The notes under the pieces are model-generated. The model saw only the letters and a program-made list of their open reading frames with translations. It was not told the DNA's origin and searched no databases. A DNA stretch of 64,000 nt from Blastocatellia bacterium. GTDB taxonomy: Bacteria; Acidobacteriota; Blastocatellia; UBA7656. The stretch covers positions 262,671 to 326,670 of the forward strand of contig CAVXWP010000003.1 in NCBI GenBank assembly GCA_963765495.1, in the 5' to 3' direction. Of the stretch, positions 1-8,807 are shown one piece after another. The number at the start of each line of letters is the position of its first letter. The first letter of the stretch is position 1. Position numbers and translations under genes: made by a program.

Positions 1-1
1 C

Positions 2-874
2 ATCGAGCAGGCCGTAAGTGCTGCCCGGCAGTCCGACGCCGTAGTCCTCGTCCTCGGTATTTCGCCCGCGCTCGAAGGCGAAGAGATGAAGGTCAATGTC
101 GAGGGCTTTCGCGGCGGCGACAGAACTTCTCTCTCTTTGCCAAAGGCTCAAGAGGATTTGCTGAAAGCGGTTCAGGCGGCAGGTAAGCCCGTCATAGTGG
201 TGCTGATGAACGGCAGCGCCCTGGCCGTCAACTGGGCCGATGAGAATGTAGCCGCGATAGTCGAGGCATGGTATCCGGGCGAAGAAGGCGGCACGGCGCT
301 GGCCGATGTCTTATTTGGCGATTACAATCCGGGCGGCAGGCTGCCCGTCACGTTTTACAAATCCGTAGAACAGCTTCCGCCCTTTGAAGATTACCGAATG
401 CAGGGGCGCACATACCGCTACTTCAAAGGCGAGCCGCTTTATCCTTTCGGATTCGGTTTGAGCTACACGAAATTCAAATATGACAATCTGAAACTGAGCG
501 CGAAAAAAATCGAAGCGGGCGACCATGTGCGCATCAGCGTAGATGTTCAAAATACAGGCGAGAGGGCGGGCGATGAGGTGGTTCAGTTGTATGTAACCGA
601 CCTTGCATCCTCCTTTCCCCTGCCGATAAGATCACTTGCGGGAATCCGGCGAGTCTTTCTGAAGCCCGGGGAAAAACGAACCGTCTCGTTTGATCTCGCC
701 CCGGAGCAAATGTCGGTCATCGACGATAAGGGCAGGCGCGTAGTCGAGCCGGGCGATTTTTCAATCAGCGCAGGAGGCAAGCAGCCCGGCTCGACGGGCC
801 GCCTCGATGCCAAAACGACCGGAGTAATTACAGGGCGATTTGCTGTTACGGGGAGAGTCACAGAGGTTCGTTGA
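2..874 (+). CDS. GH3 beta-glucosidase/xylosidase, C-terminal part (5' truncated by window)
   Basis: Open frame from base 2 (IEQAVSAARQSDAVVLVLGISPALEGEEM..); GH3-C motifs AWYPGEEGG.ALADVLFGDYNPGGRLPVTF, YPFGFGLSYT and Fn3-like DEVVQLYV. Confidence 0.92.
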   Translation: MEQAVSAARQSDAVVLVLGISPALEGEEMKVNVEGFRGGDRTSLSLPKAQEDLLKAVQAAGKPVIVVLMNGSALAVNWADENVAAIVEAWYPGEEGGTALADVLFGDYNPGGRLPVTFYKSVEQLPPFEDYRMQGRTYRYFKGEPLYPFGFGLSYTKFKYDNLKLSAKKIEAGDHVRISVDVQNTGERAGDEVVQLYVTDLASSFPLPIRSLAGIRRVFLKPGEKRTVSFDLAPEQMSVIDDKGRRVVEPGDFSISAGGKQPGSTGRLDAKTTGVITGRFAVTGRVTEVR

Positions 875-880
875 TAAAGA

Positions 881-984
881 GTGACGTGTGAGGAGTGATG
901 CGTGAATCGTGATTTAGCCAGGCTTGCAAGTTGTCTTAAACCTGCGACCTGGCAGAAAATCACGAATCACGCATCACGCATCAA
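881..984. repeat. Intergenic inverted pair of 7-bp tandem repeats (GTGATGC / GCATCAC) between convergent genes
   Basis: gtgatgcgtgaatcgtga ... atcacgaatcacgcatcacgcatca. Confidence 0.6.
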
Positions 985-2939
985 TCAGGCATGCAGGGGC
1001 CGGGGTCGCCAAAGATCATCGAATTGAACGACTGAGTCACTGCGGCATTCATCAGCGAATTACTTATCAACATGCCGTCGCTGATCAACATGCCGTCGCT
1101 TAACAGCATGCCATCGCTTAACAGCATACCGTTACTTATCAACATGCCGTTGCTTATCAGCATGCCGCTTGCCATAAACGGGTAGCCGTCGCTGATCAAC
1201 ATGCCGTTGCTTATCAGGACGCTGTCGCCTACAAAAACTCCGTTCGTCAGCATGGTAGAGTCGCTTATCAACATACCATCGCTTATCAACATGCCGTCGC
1301 TTAACAGCATGCCAGTGCCGTAAACCGTCTGGTACTTGGTCATCAGTTCGGGCCCGGCAACATAGTTGTAATTCAACACCAATCCCTGACTCCAGTGGAA
1401 CGTCTCTCCGGCTATGGTCGTCTCAGGCGCAGGGGGATTGTTTGTAGTCAGCATCGGGGAGCCGAGCGGAGTGTTGTTGTTCAAATTGGATTTTACAAGC
1501 TTGGCGATTCGTACTGCGCCTTCTATGTTGATCTGGCCTGCGCCCTGCTCGAACATATTGTATCCCGCAAGCGGCTGCGCCGTGTACATCAGGATCGCTT
1601 TGACCAGATTCGGTGTCAGCCTCGGATTTGCCTGCAACATCAGGGCGACCGTCCCGGCCACTATGGGTGTGGACATAGAGGTTCCACTGAGCCGCATCAT
1701 GTCGCGCGTATCGCCCAGTTGATTTGAGGCTCTCAATTCCGGGTGATGTGTGACAAGGTAGTTATCCTTTGACATCGAAGCTACGAGTATGTTCCCGGGA
1801 GCGACCAGATCGGGCTTTATCAGATTGTCATAGTGACGGACTCCGTTTCCATCCGTGTAGAAGCTGCGTGTCGGGCCGCGCGAACTGTAAGTCGTCACAC
1901 CGTCATCACTGCGCCGGTCGGTTCCAAAGGTATTTGTCGCTCCGACCGTCAGCGCCGACGGCTCGTTGCCGGGCGAGTGCACCAGCCCGTAGATTTTCTG
2001 TCCGTTGCTGTCTTTGCCGTTGTTTCCCGCTGCGGCTACAACGACCACTCCCGCATCAACCAGCCGTCTGACGGCGAGGCAGAGCGGGTCGTTCAGGTAA
2101 GAGTCGAGGGCCGGACAGCCAAAGCTCATATTGACTACCCGGATGTTATAGGCGGAGCGATTCGACATCACCCAGTTGAGCGCGCTGAGCACGCTTGAGA
2201 CCGAGCCACGCCCTTCGGAATCGAGCACGCGGAGGTTTATGATCTTCGCGTTTGGCGCTATCCCGGTGTAGGAAGACCCCGCCTGATTACCGCCCGCGGC
2301 CAGCCCGGCTACGTGCGTGCCGTGTCCGTATGGATCGCTCGTGGTTATACCCTGACCCGTGAAATCCACTTTGGCTGCGATGCGATTTCCGAGGAGCGTT
2401 GCGCGGAATGTGTCGTGCTGGCTGTATATGCCGGAATCGAGTACGGCGATGCCGATGCCGCTTCCGTCAATTCCGATAAGACCGGGGATGAGGCGCGTTG
2501 AGGAAGCGCCTGTCGTCGTCTCGACGTGACCGAGCATCGTTACTTCCCGATCAAGCGAGATGTAGGAGACATCTTTAGACGCGGCCAGTTTCTCAACCGC
2601 GCTCACTGGTAGCTCTACTACGCGGGCGTTCAGATTCTGGAAATCACCCTTTGTGTCTACGCCGCCGTCGCTCAACAGACCGTTGAGTTTATTGTGTGGT
2701 CTGCCCTTGAGTTGCAGTATCACTCTTACACGATTCTCGTTCTCATTGCCCTTTGAGATGTTATTTAGACCGCTGTCCCGAACGCGTTTCTGTAGTTCAG
2801 GGGATATTTTGACATCATTGATTAATCTTACTCGAACACTTTGTGCGCTGCTGCTGCCGCTAAAAAACTGGACGACCGCGAGACAGGTCAGGAGCATAAG
2901 AGATATTGTCTGTTTCGCCAGTAGGGATCGGTTTCTCAT
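981..2939 (-). CDS. Secreted S8 subtilisin-like serine peptidase with C-terminal GMLISD hexapeptide repeats
   Basis: Signal peptide; catalytic motifs LDSG, HGTHVAG, AAGN, SGTSM. Confidence 0.93.
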   Translation of the reverse strand: MRNRSLLAKQTISLMLLTCLAVVQFFSGSSSAQSVRVRLINDVKISPELQKRVRDSGLNNISKGNENENRVRVILQLKGRPHNKLNGLLSDGGVDTKGDFQNLNARVVELPVSAVEKLAASKDVSYISLDREVTMLGHVETTTGASSTRLIPGLIGIDGSGIGIAVLDSGIYSQHDTFRATLLGNRIAAKVDFTGQGITTSDPYGHGTHVAGLAAGGNQAGSSYTGIAPNAKIINLRVLDSEGRGSVSSVLSALNWVMSNRSAYNIRVVNMSFGCPALDSYLNDPLCLAVRRLVDAGVVVVAAAGNNGKDSNGQKIYGLVHSPGNEPSALTVGATNTFGTDRRSDDGVTTYSSRGPTRSFYTDGNGVRHYDNLIKPDLVAPGNILVASMSKDNYLVTHHPELRASNQLGDTRDMMRLSGTSMSTPIVAGTVALMLQANPRLTPNLVKAILMYTAQPLAGYNMFEQGAGQINIEGAVRIAKLVKSNLNNNTPLGSPMLTTNNPPAPETTIAGETFHWSQGLVLNYNYVAGPELMTKYQTVYGTGMLLSDGMLISDGMLISDSTMLTNGVFVGDSVLISNGMLISDGYPFMASGMLISNGMLISNGMLLSDGMLLSDGMLISDGMLISNSLMNAAVTQSFNSMIFGDPGPCMPD

Positions 2940-3230
2940 GGTTTAATCGAATCTCCCCCGATTGCTTGTTTGATGGCTTTCCATAACCCTTTTTCTCATC
3001 AGGACCGTGATGCGGCATTTGAAACCGCAAGTGGCATTCCACCCCATCCTTACCGGGAGAACGCGGTTTTTTGGCCAGATTGGGGCTTTTTGATTAAGCG
3101 GACAAAGTGAGAAATGATTGAATTGCTCGAATTGAGAAACATTTCAATCACTTTGACCGATGATTGCCTGCCTGTGTTTTTGAGATCTCGAATCTCAAAT
3201 CTCGGATTTCAAATCTCAGAGAGGTGTGTC

Positions 3231-5894
3231 TTATCGTTTGCCGTCGAGGCTGGCCCATTCACCGGATTGGATAAAACTCGCCCAGTAGAATGGATGATTT
3301 CTTTCGGGGTCTTTCAGCATCTTTAACTGCACCTGTCTGAGGGCATCGCTTCGACCTGCGCCGGCTTTGAGCCGTGTGTAATACTCCATCATCAACTCGC
3401 TCGTCCCCGTATCGCTGACCGGCCACAGGCTCATCATCTGGCTTTCGCTCCCCGCAAGCACCAGCGCCCGCCTTAGTCCATAAACCCCTTCGCCGGTGCT
3501 GACTTCTCCCACGCCGGTGTCGCAGGCCGATAACACGATCAGCTTCGTTCCCCACAAATCGAGCCCGGATGCTTCAAGCGCCGTGAGCATCCCGTCATCT
3601 GTTGTGGCGTGAGCGGCGTTTGCCCCCGCAAGAAACAGCCCTGATCTCAAAAGCGGGTTTGTAATCCGCATCGCGGCTTCGGGTTGCGCAGCAGATTCTG
3701 TTGCGCTGTTCTTGCGCCGCACAACGATTCGCAGCCCGCCCTGCCCCGACTCAATCGGCCCGCCGGTCTCTTCATCCTTGAGAAAAAAGCCATGTGTAGC
3801 TATGTGCAGCAGCCGGGGGCCGGAAAGCGGCTTGAGCATGGACTCGCTCGCCTCGGCTCCCGTCATCGGTTCTACTCCAAGAATCTCTTTTAACCGGGCA
3901 GCCTCCTGCGCGCTGGCCCTGAGCCGTTTGAGCGGTTCAAAGCTCATCTCCGCAAGACGCGGCCCCGTCGCTTCGCCGGGTTTCGCGCCGTAATTAAAAT
4001 CGGGGTCGGCAATCACTACGGCAGGTTCTCTTGGTTGAATCCCGGTTTGCAGTCTGAGCAGGTCGCGACCGCTCGCCAGATAAGAGATTGAGTATCGCTC
4101 GACCAGATACCGATTTTGCTCGTCGACGAGAGCGGCAAAAGGAACGAGATTCAGCGCGCCGTCGGGCGAGATCAACAGGCGGAAGGTATCGCCCGCGAGC
4201 CTTCGAACGGGTTGCATCACAAGCTGGTCGAGCGCCCTGGCCTGTGGCTTGACCTGGCGCTCGATGTCGCTCAAGGGCTGATTTTCACGGCGGCGAAAGG
4301 TGGCTCGAAACCCGGCGACGGCGTTGTCAATCTTTTCCGCCGGTCCGAGGTCTGCCCACTTCGGCTCACCCTGACGACTCAGAAGGTAAACGGCGTATCG
4401 TCGCGCTTCCCATTCGCCGGTCTTTGCGTTGAATGGATAATACGAAACGAACTCTACAAGAACTGCGCCCGCAGGAATCGCAGCCTGAACAGATTCGAGA
4501 GTCACGGCGTGAGACTGGGCGCGAAACTCCGCGCTTCGAGCGCTTACCTGCGCCTCAAAATTGTCCACCTGAATTTCGAGCCGCGCGACATCAGCCTTAT
4601 ACTCGTCGGGAGAAATCTCTCCCAGCCCGCCAAGCACGAGCGCGGCCAGTCGCGAGCGAGCGAGCATCAACTGATCGAGCAGCGATTGATCGGAGGGAGT
4701 GAGGCGGCGGCGCAGAGTGCCGAAGCTGTCCGTCATGGAATCGAGCGTACGGCCTTTGCGTCGAAGCACGGTTGTGAGGGCCAGACGCAATGCCAGAGGA
4801 TCGGCGGGGGCGGACCGGGTTTGCAGCGAAATTGTAGCGTCGGTCTGCCCTGAGAGCGTGGCAAGGTAGAGAAGTTTCTGGCGCTCGGACCCTGTGGCGA
4901 GGTTCAGGTTGATGTTTCGCTCGATAATATTATTTGAGCGAGTGGAAAAAGTGACGGCCTGTGCTATTTCGCCTCTTGCCTCATAAAGCGCGGCGAGATT
5001 GTCGAGCGAACTGGCTACGTCTGGATGATTCGGGCCAAGCGCCTTCACGCGAATGTCGAGAGCCTGTCTGAGAAGCGGCTCCGCCTTCTGATAGTCTCTC
5101 GCCAGGTAATAGATTCCCGCGAGATTGTTTAGCGTCTCGGCTACATCGGGATGATTCGGGCCAAGCGCCTTCACGCGAATGTCGAGAGCCTGTCTGAGAA
5201 GCGGCTCTGCTTTCTGGTAATCTCCCAATGCTCGATACGACTCGGCCAGATTGTTGAGCGCCTGTCCGTAGGCGGGGTCATCCGCGCCCGATGTCCTTTC
5301 GTAAATCAGCAGGGCGCGTTCATACATCGGCACGGCCTTTCGATATTGCTTCATTTCATAATAGACCGCGGCCAGATTGTTGAGCGCCTGCGCAAAATTG
5401 TGATGCTCGGTGCCAAGCGATTTCTCGTAGATCGCCAGCGCCTGTCGAAATAGCGGCTCTGCTTTTTGATAGTCCCCTCTTTTATAGTAAAGACCCGCCA
5501 GATTGTTGAGCGATGTGGCTACATCGGGATGATTCGCGCCGAGCGATTTTATCCTGATGGCCAGCGCGCGCTCGAAAAGCGGCTCTACTTTTTGATAATC
5601 CCCTTTTTGATAGTAGAGACCCGCCAGATTGTTGAGCGATTGACCGACGCGCGGATCATCCGGCCCGAGCGCCTTTACACGCAGCGCCAGCGCGCGTTCG
5701 GCAAGTGGGATGGCTTCATCAAACCTGCCTTCCCGGTATAACCGGACCACCTCTGCGTTTAGCCTGTCAGCCTCATCCAGGATACTGGTCTGCGCGGGCG
5801 ACGCGGCCTTGATCCCCGTCGCAAACAGCATAGCTATTAGCAGCAAAGCTGAAATCGAACCACGCCCGGCTCGCGTGTTTAAGAAAGAGTTCAA
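3231..5894 (-). CDS. TPR-repeat + CHAT (caspase-like) domain protein
   Basis: 42-aa kinesin-light-chain-type TPRs (SLNNLAGLYY..GDYQKAEPL); CHAT motifs HIATHGFF, LSACDTG, HPFYWASF; start codon uncertain (TTG). Confidence 0.92.
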   Translation of the reverse strand: MNSFLNTRAGRGSISALLLIAMLFATGIKAASPAQTSILDEADRLNAEVVRLYREGRFDEAIPLAERALALRVKALGPDDPRVGQSLNNLAGLYYQKGDYQKVEPLFERALAIRIKSLGANHPDVATSLNNLAGLYYKRGDYQKAEPLFRQALAIYEKSLGTEHHNFAQALNNLAAVYYEMKQYRKAVPMYERALLIYERTSGADDPAYGQALNNLAESYRALGDYQKAEPLLRQALDIRVKALGPNHPDVAETLNNLAGIYYLARDYQKAEPLLRQALDIRVKALGPNHPDVASSLDNLAALYEARGEIAQAVTFSTRSNNIIERNINLNLATGSERQKLLYLATLSGQTDATISLQTRSAPADPLALRLALTTVLRRKGRTLDSMTDSFGTLRRRLTPSDQSLLDQLMLARSRLAALVLGGLGEISPDEYKADVARLEIQVDNFEAQVSARSAEFRAQSHAVTLESVQAAIPAGAVLVEFVSYYPFNAKTGEWEARRYAVYLLSRQGEPKWADLGPAEKIDNAVAGFRATFRRRENQPLSDIERQVKPQARALDQLVMQPVRRLAGDTFRLLISPDGALNLVPFAALVDEQNRYLVERYSISYLASGRDLLRLQTGIQPREPAVVIADPDFNYGAKPGEATGPRLAEMSFEPLKRLRASAQEAARLKEILGVEPMTGAEASESMLKPLSGPRLLHIATHGFFLKDEETGGPIESGQGGLRIVVRRKNSATESAAQPEAAMRITNPLLRSGLFLAGANAAHATTDDGMLTALEASGLDLWGTKLIVLSACDTGVGEVSTGEGVYGLRRALVLAGSESQMMSLWPVSDTGTSELMMEYYTRLKAGAGRSDALRQVQLKMLKDPERNHPFYWASFIQSGEWASLDGKR

Positions 5895-5896
5895 AT

Positions 5897-7672
5897 CTAC
5901 CTCTCGATATGTTTCAGGTTTAGAAGATAAACCAGCGTGTCGCCCGCGCCTTGAATGCTTATGCGCTCGTTTGCCTGATCCTGACTGACCTGTAGTTTTT
6001 TCTCTCTGTTATGATCGAGCAATCCGCGCACAAACGCCGATGTGGCCGCATCCTTTATCTCTCCGGCATCCTCTTTGTTTGCCCATCTGCGAACCGCGTC
6101 TTCAAGTTCCGCCACGGGCTCGACGGAGAATATTATCCAGACCTTTTCGGTTCCCGCTTTTGCATCAAAGACATTTTCCGATGTTGCCACCTGATCATTT
6201 GCCCTGACGCTTGATGACAGATTATTGCCCGCGGGCGAGGGAAACAGAATGTTGTACTGGGGTTGATTGCCACTGGCGGCGGCGGCTTCGTTCAGCAGAT
6301 AGAGATGGCCGTTATCGGTGCTCTCTACAAAGAAGCGGATGCCGTCGCCTTCTCGAAAGTATGTCTCTCCACTGATGCCTCCGGTCAGTTTGATCGGTTT
6401 TCCGACCGGCCTGTTATCGCGGTAGGATTGCAACTCGCCCCAGTAGCTTATAGTGTGACTGCGCACCGGGGTGTCGCTTGAGGCTCGCGCAGGCGCGTCA
6501 CCTTCCGAGCCTTCCAAACCTTTTGAGCCCCCCGATAAATAAAGCCAGCCGACGAGAGCCAGGATCGCTATCACTATAAGAGCGCCCGACGCGGCAAGAA
6601 TTTTTGCGACAGGTGTTTTTCTAGTAGCTGATTTGGCCGTGAGTTGCGGCGGGCTCTCCTCGCGAACCTCTTCCTGAAAATCCGGCTGTGTAAGAGCCCT
6701 TGCCAGTTCATTTCCGAATTGGTCGGCTCTCTGATAACGGTCAGCCGGATTGAAAGAGAGCGCCTTCAATATAATTTCCTGCGCCGGGGAGGGGAGGCTC
6801 GCACGCAAATCCTGGGGTCTGACCCGCACGCCCGCGCGTTGCATCTCCAGCAGCTTCAACATCGCCGCCATCGGATGCTGGATGTCGGGATTAAATGGCA
6901 CGCGGCCCGTGACCATCTCGTAGGCGATGACACCGAGCGCGTAAATATCGGTCGTCGACGAGGGCTTGCCTTGAAGCTGCTCCGGGGCCATATAATTTAC
7001 GCTTCCGGCGAGGACCGTGGCTCGGGTCTTTTCGTCAAACGATTCTCTCACGGTCGAGATTCCAAAATCTATTACCTTGACGTGTTCTTTCTCAACACCC
7101 TCTGACGACTCTTTGTAGAGCATTATATTTTCGGGCTTTAGATCGCGGTGATATACGCCTTTGTCGTGAGCCGCGCTTATGGCCGCTCCAAGTTCCCGCA
7201 CTACCCGCGCTATTCGCTCGAAATCTCCTATCCCTTTTTCCGGCGCTATCTGAGAGTGCAGGTCATAGCCTTCGACAAATTCCATAGCGAGATACGGTCT
7301 TTTATCCGGCATCTCGCCCGACGCGACCAGTCGCACGACACCCGGATGATCTATCCTTGAAAGCGCCTTTACCTCGTCGCTAAAGTGCTGCTCGATCCAT
7401 GCGCGAGTCTGAGCGTCGGGCTGATCGAGCAGAGCCTTGATGACGACACGCCTCTGCGAGTCTGCAAGATCAAGCGCCAGATAAGTGACGCCAAATCCGC
7501 CCCGGCCAAGCTCTCTTTCGATTGCGAAGCGGTTGTCGATCAAACTTGCGTCCGAGATGAAATCGCCCGAGCTTAAGGTTTTGCTCAATGTCGTGGGGGG
7601 GTCTTTTTCTGATGAAAGCTCAACCGAACCAGCCTGTCTCGTGCGATCATTTCTGTTGTCGTCTGAGGCCAT
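5897..7672 (-). CDS. Transmembrane Hanks-type Ser/Thr protein kinase with extracytoplasmic DUF4384-like domain
   Basis: LGRGGFG, HRDLKPEN, DFG, YMAPE; TM helix; C-terminal FREGDGIRF..GHLYLLN..ILFP. Confidence 0.9.
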   Translation of the reverse strand: MASDDNRNDRTRQAGSVELSSEKDPPTTLSKTLSSGDFISDASLIDNRFAIERELGRGGFGVTYLALDLADSQRRVVIKALLDQPDAQTRAWIEQHFSDEVKALSRIDHPGVVRLVASGEMPDKRPYLAMEFVEGYDLHSQIAPEKGIGDFERIARVVRELGAAISAAHDKGVYHRDLKPENIMLYKESSEGVEKEHVKVIDFGISTVRESFDEKTRATVLAGSVNYMAPEQLQGKPSSTTDIYALGVIAYEMVTGRVPFNPDIQHPMAAMLKLLEMQRAGVRVRPQDLRASLPSPAQEIILKALSFNPADRYQRADQFGNELARALTQPDFQEEVREESPPQLTAKSATRKTPVAKILAASGALIVIAILALVGWLYLSGGSKGLEGSEGDAPARASSDTPVRSHTISYWGELQSYRDNRPVGKPIKLTGGISGETYFREGDGIRFFVESTDNGHLYLLNEAAAASGNQPQYNILFPSPAGNNLSSSVRANDQVATSENVFDAKAGTEKVWIIFSVEPVAELEDAVRRWANKEDAGEIKDAATSAFVRGLLDHNREKKLQVSQDQANERISIQGAGDTLVYLLNLKHIER

Positions 7673-7699
7673 CCTGCCTTTGCTCCTGCGGGGTCTGTC

Positions 7700-8677
7700 T
7701 TATTTGCGAATGCGAACCGGGATTGTAAATACAAGCGGCTCGCCCGGTTTGCGACCTACGTGATAAACGGTTTGCGGCTCGGGGTCGGAGTCGCTCAAAA
7801 GCGCGCCGCCTGACGCCCCGGCTTTTTTCTCGGCGCTTGTTATAGCCGCGCCCGCTCCGCCGATCTTCTCAAATTTCCACACGCGGCCTCCCCACTTGCT
7901 TTCCCACTCTTTAAGTTGTCGCGGGTCAATACGCCTGTAATCCTCGTCGTCGGCAAGCGGCGGCAATTCAGCTAGAGGCTCGGTCGAGAGCAGCACCGTG
8001 AACACCTCGGCCGTCTTTTCGGGACCCTCGGAGCTGAGACGGGTGATCTCAAAATAATCCGTTTCGTTCGGGATGTAGATCAGTTTGCCCGGAACGCCTT
8101 TCGCGCTCCGGCCCGTATCCTGTCTTGCGGGAAAGACCAGATAAGGATCGCTCATGGTCCCATCCGCGTATTGTTCGCGGTTGAGCAGATAGATATAGGA
8201 TTCAAAGGGAACCTCTACGGTTAACCTCAGTATGTCCCCGTCTGAAAACCGCGTCTCTGATTGAGCGCGAACGGGCGTCATTTGCGCCGTTGATTCGACG
8301 GCAGCCCCTTTTTTGCGTTTCACGATTCTGGTTTGCTCGACCGCCTCGGGGTTGTCGTCTTTGCGAGCCTCGCGCAGTTGCCAGAATGTGACCCCGACAT
8401 CCACGCCTTCGACAACGGGGTTGTCGTCTCTGGCTACCGGGGCGTAATCGCCGACCTCCACAGGTTTCGAGCGATTGGGCCGGTTTGATTGGGACTGGTT
8501 TGATCGGGGCCGTTTCGCCGTGACTTTTTTCTGTAGCTTCTGAGCGTATTCGCGCGGCTTCAGCCCTCGCGTATCATCGTCGGTCGTCTGCGCCAGAGCC
8601 GTGATTGAATTTGCGGCGAGCGCAAGAAAAGCCATTATAAGCAATCGCGCAAATAGATCATTTCTGATCAATGCCAT
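7700..8677 (-). CDS. Secreted DUF4384-like protein
   Basis: Signal peptide; FSDGDILRLTVE..YIYLLNRE..PYLVFP resembles the kinase C-terminal domain. Confidence 0.7.
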   Translation of the reverse strand: MALIRNDLFARLLIMAFLALAANSITALAQTTDDDTRGLKPREYAQKLQKKVTAKRPRSNQSQSNRPNRSKPVEVGDYAPVARDDNPVVEGVDVGVTFWQLREARKDDNPEAVEQTRIVKRKKGAAVESTAQMTPVRAQSETRFSDGDILRLTVEVPFESYIYLLNREQYADGTMSDPYLVFPARQDTGRSAKGVPGKLIYIPNETDYFEITRLSSEGPEKTAEVFTVLLSTEPLAELPPLADDEDYRRIDPRQLKEWESKWGGRVWKFEKIGGAGAAITSAEKKAGASGGALLSDSDPEPQTVYHVGRKPGEPLVFTIPVRIRK

Positions 8678-8754
8678 TAGTATTTCTCCTGAAGGACAAT
8701 GCTCTTGTCCCCCATAATATACACAATTGATCGGAATAATCCCCAGTAGCTGAA

Positions 8755-8785
8755 GAAAAAATAGGCCGCGTTATCGGCGGCCTAT
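8755..8785 (-). terminator. Rho-independent terminator after the tricorn genes
   Basis: Stem ATAGGCCGC/GCGGCCTAT followed by a T-run on the minus strand. Confidence 0.7.
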
Positions 8786-8807
8786 CATTATTTTCCTGAT
8801 CTACATT

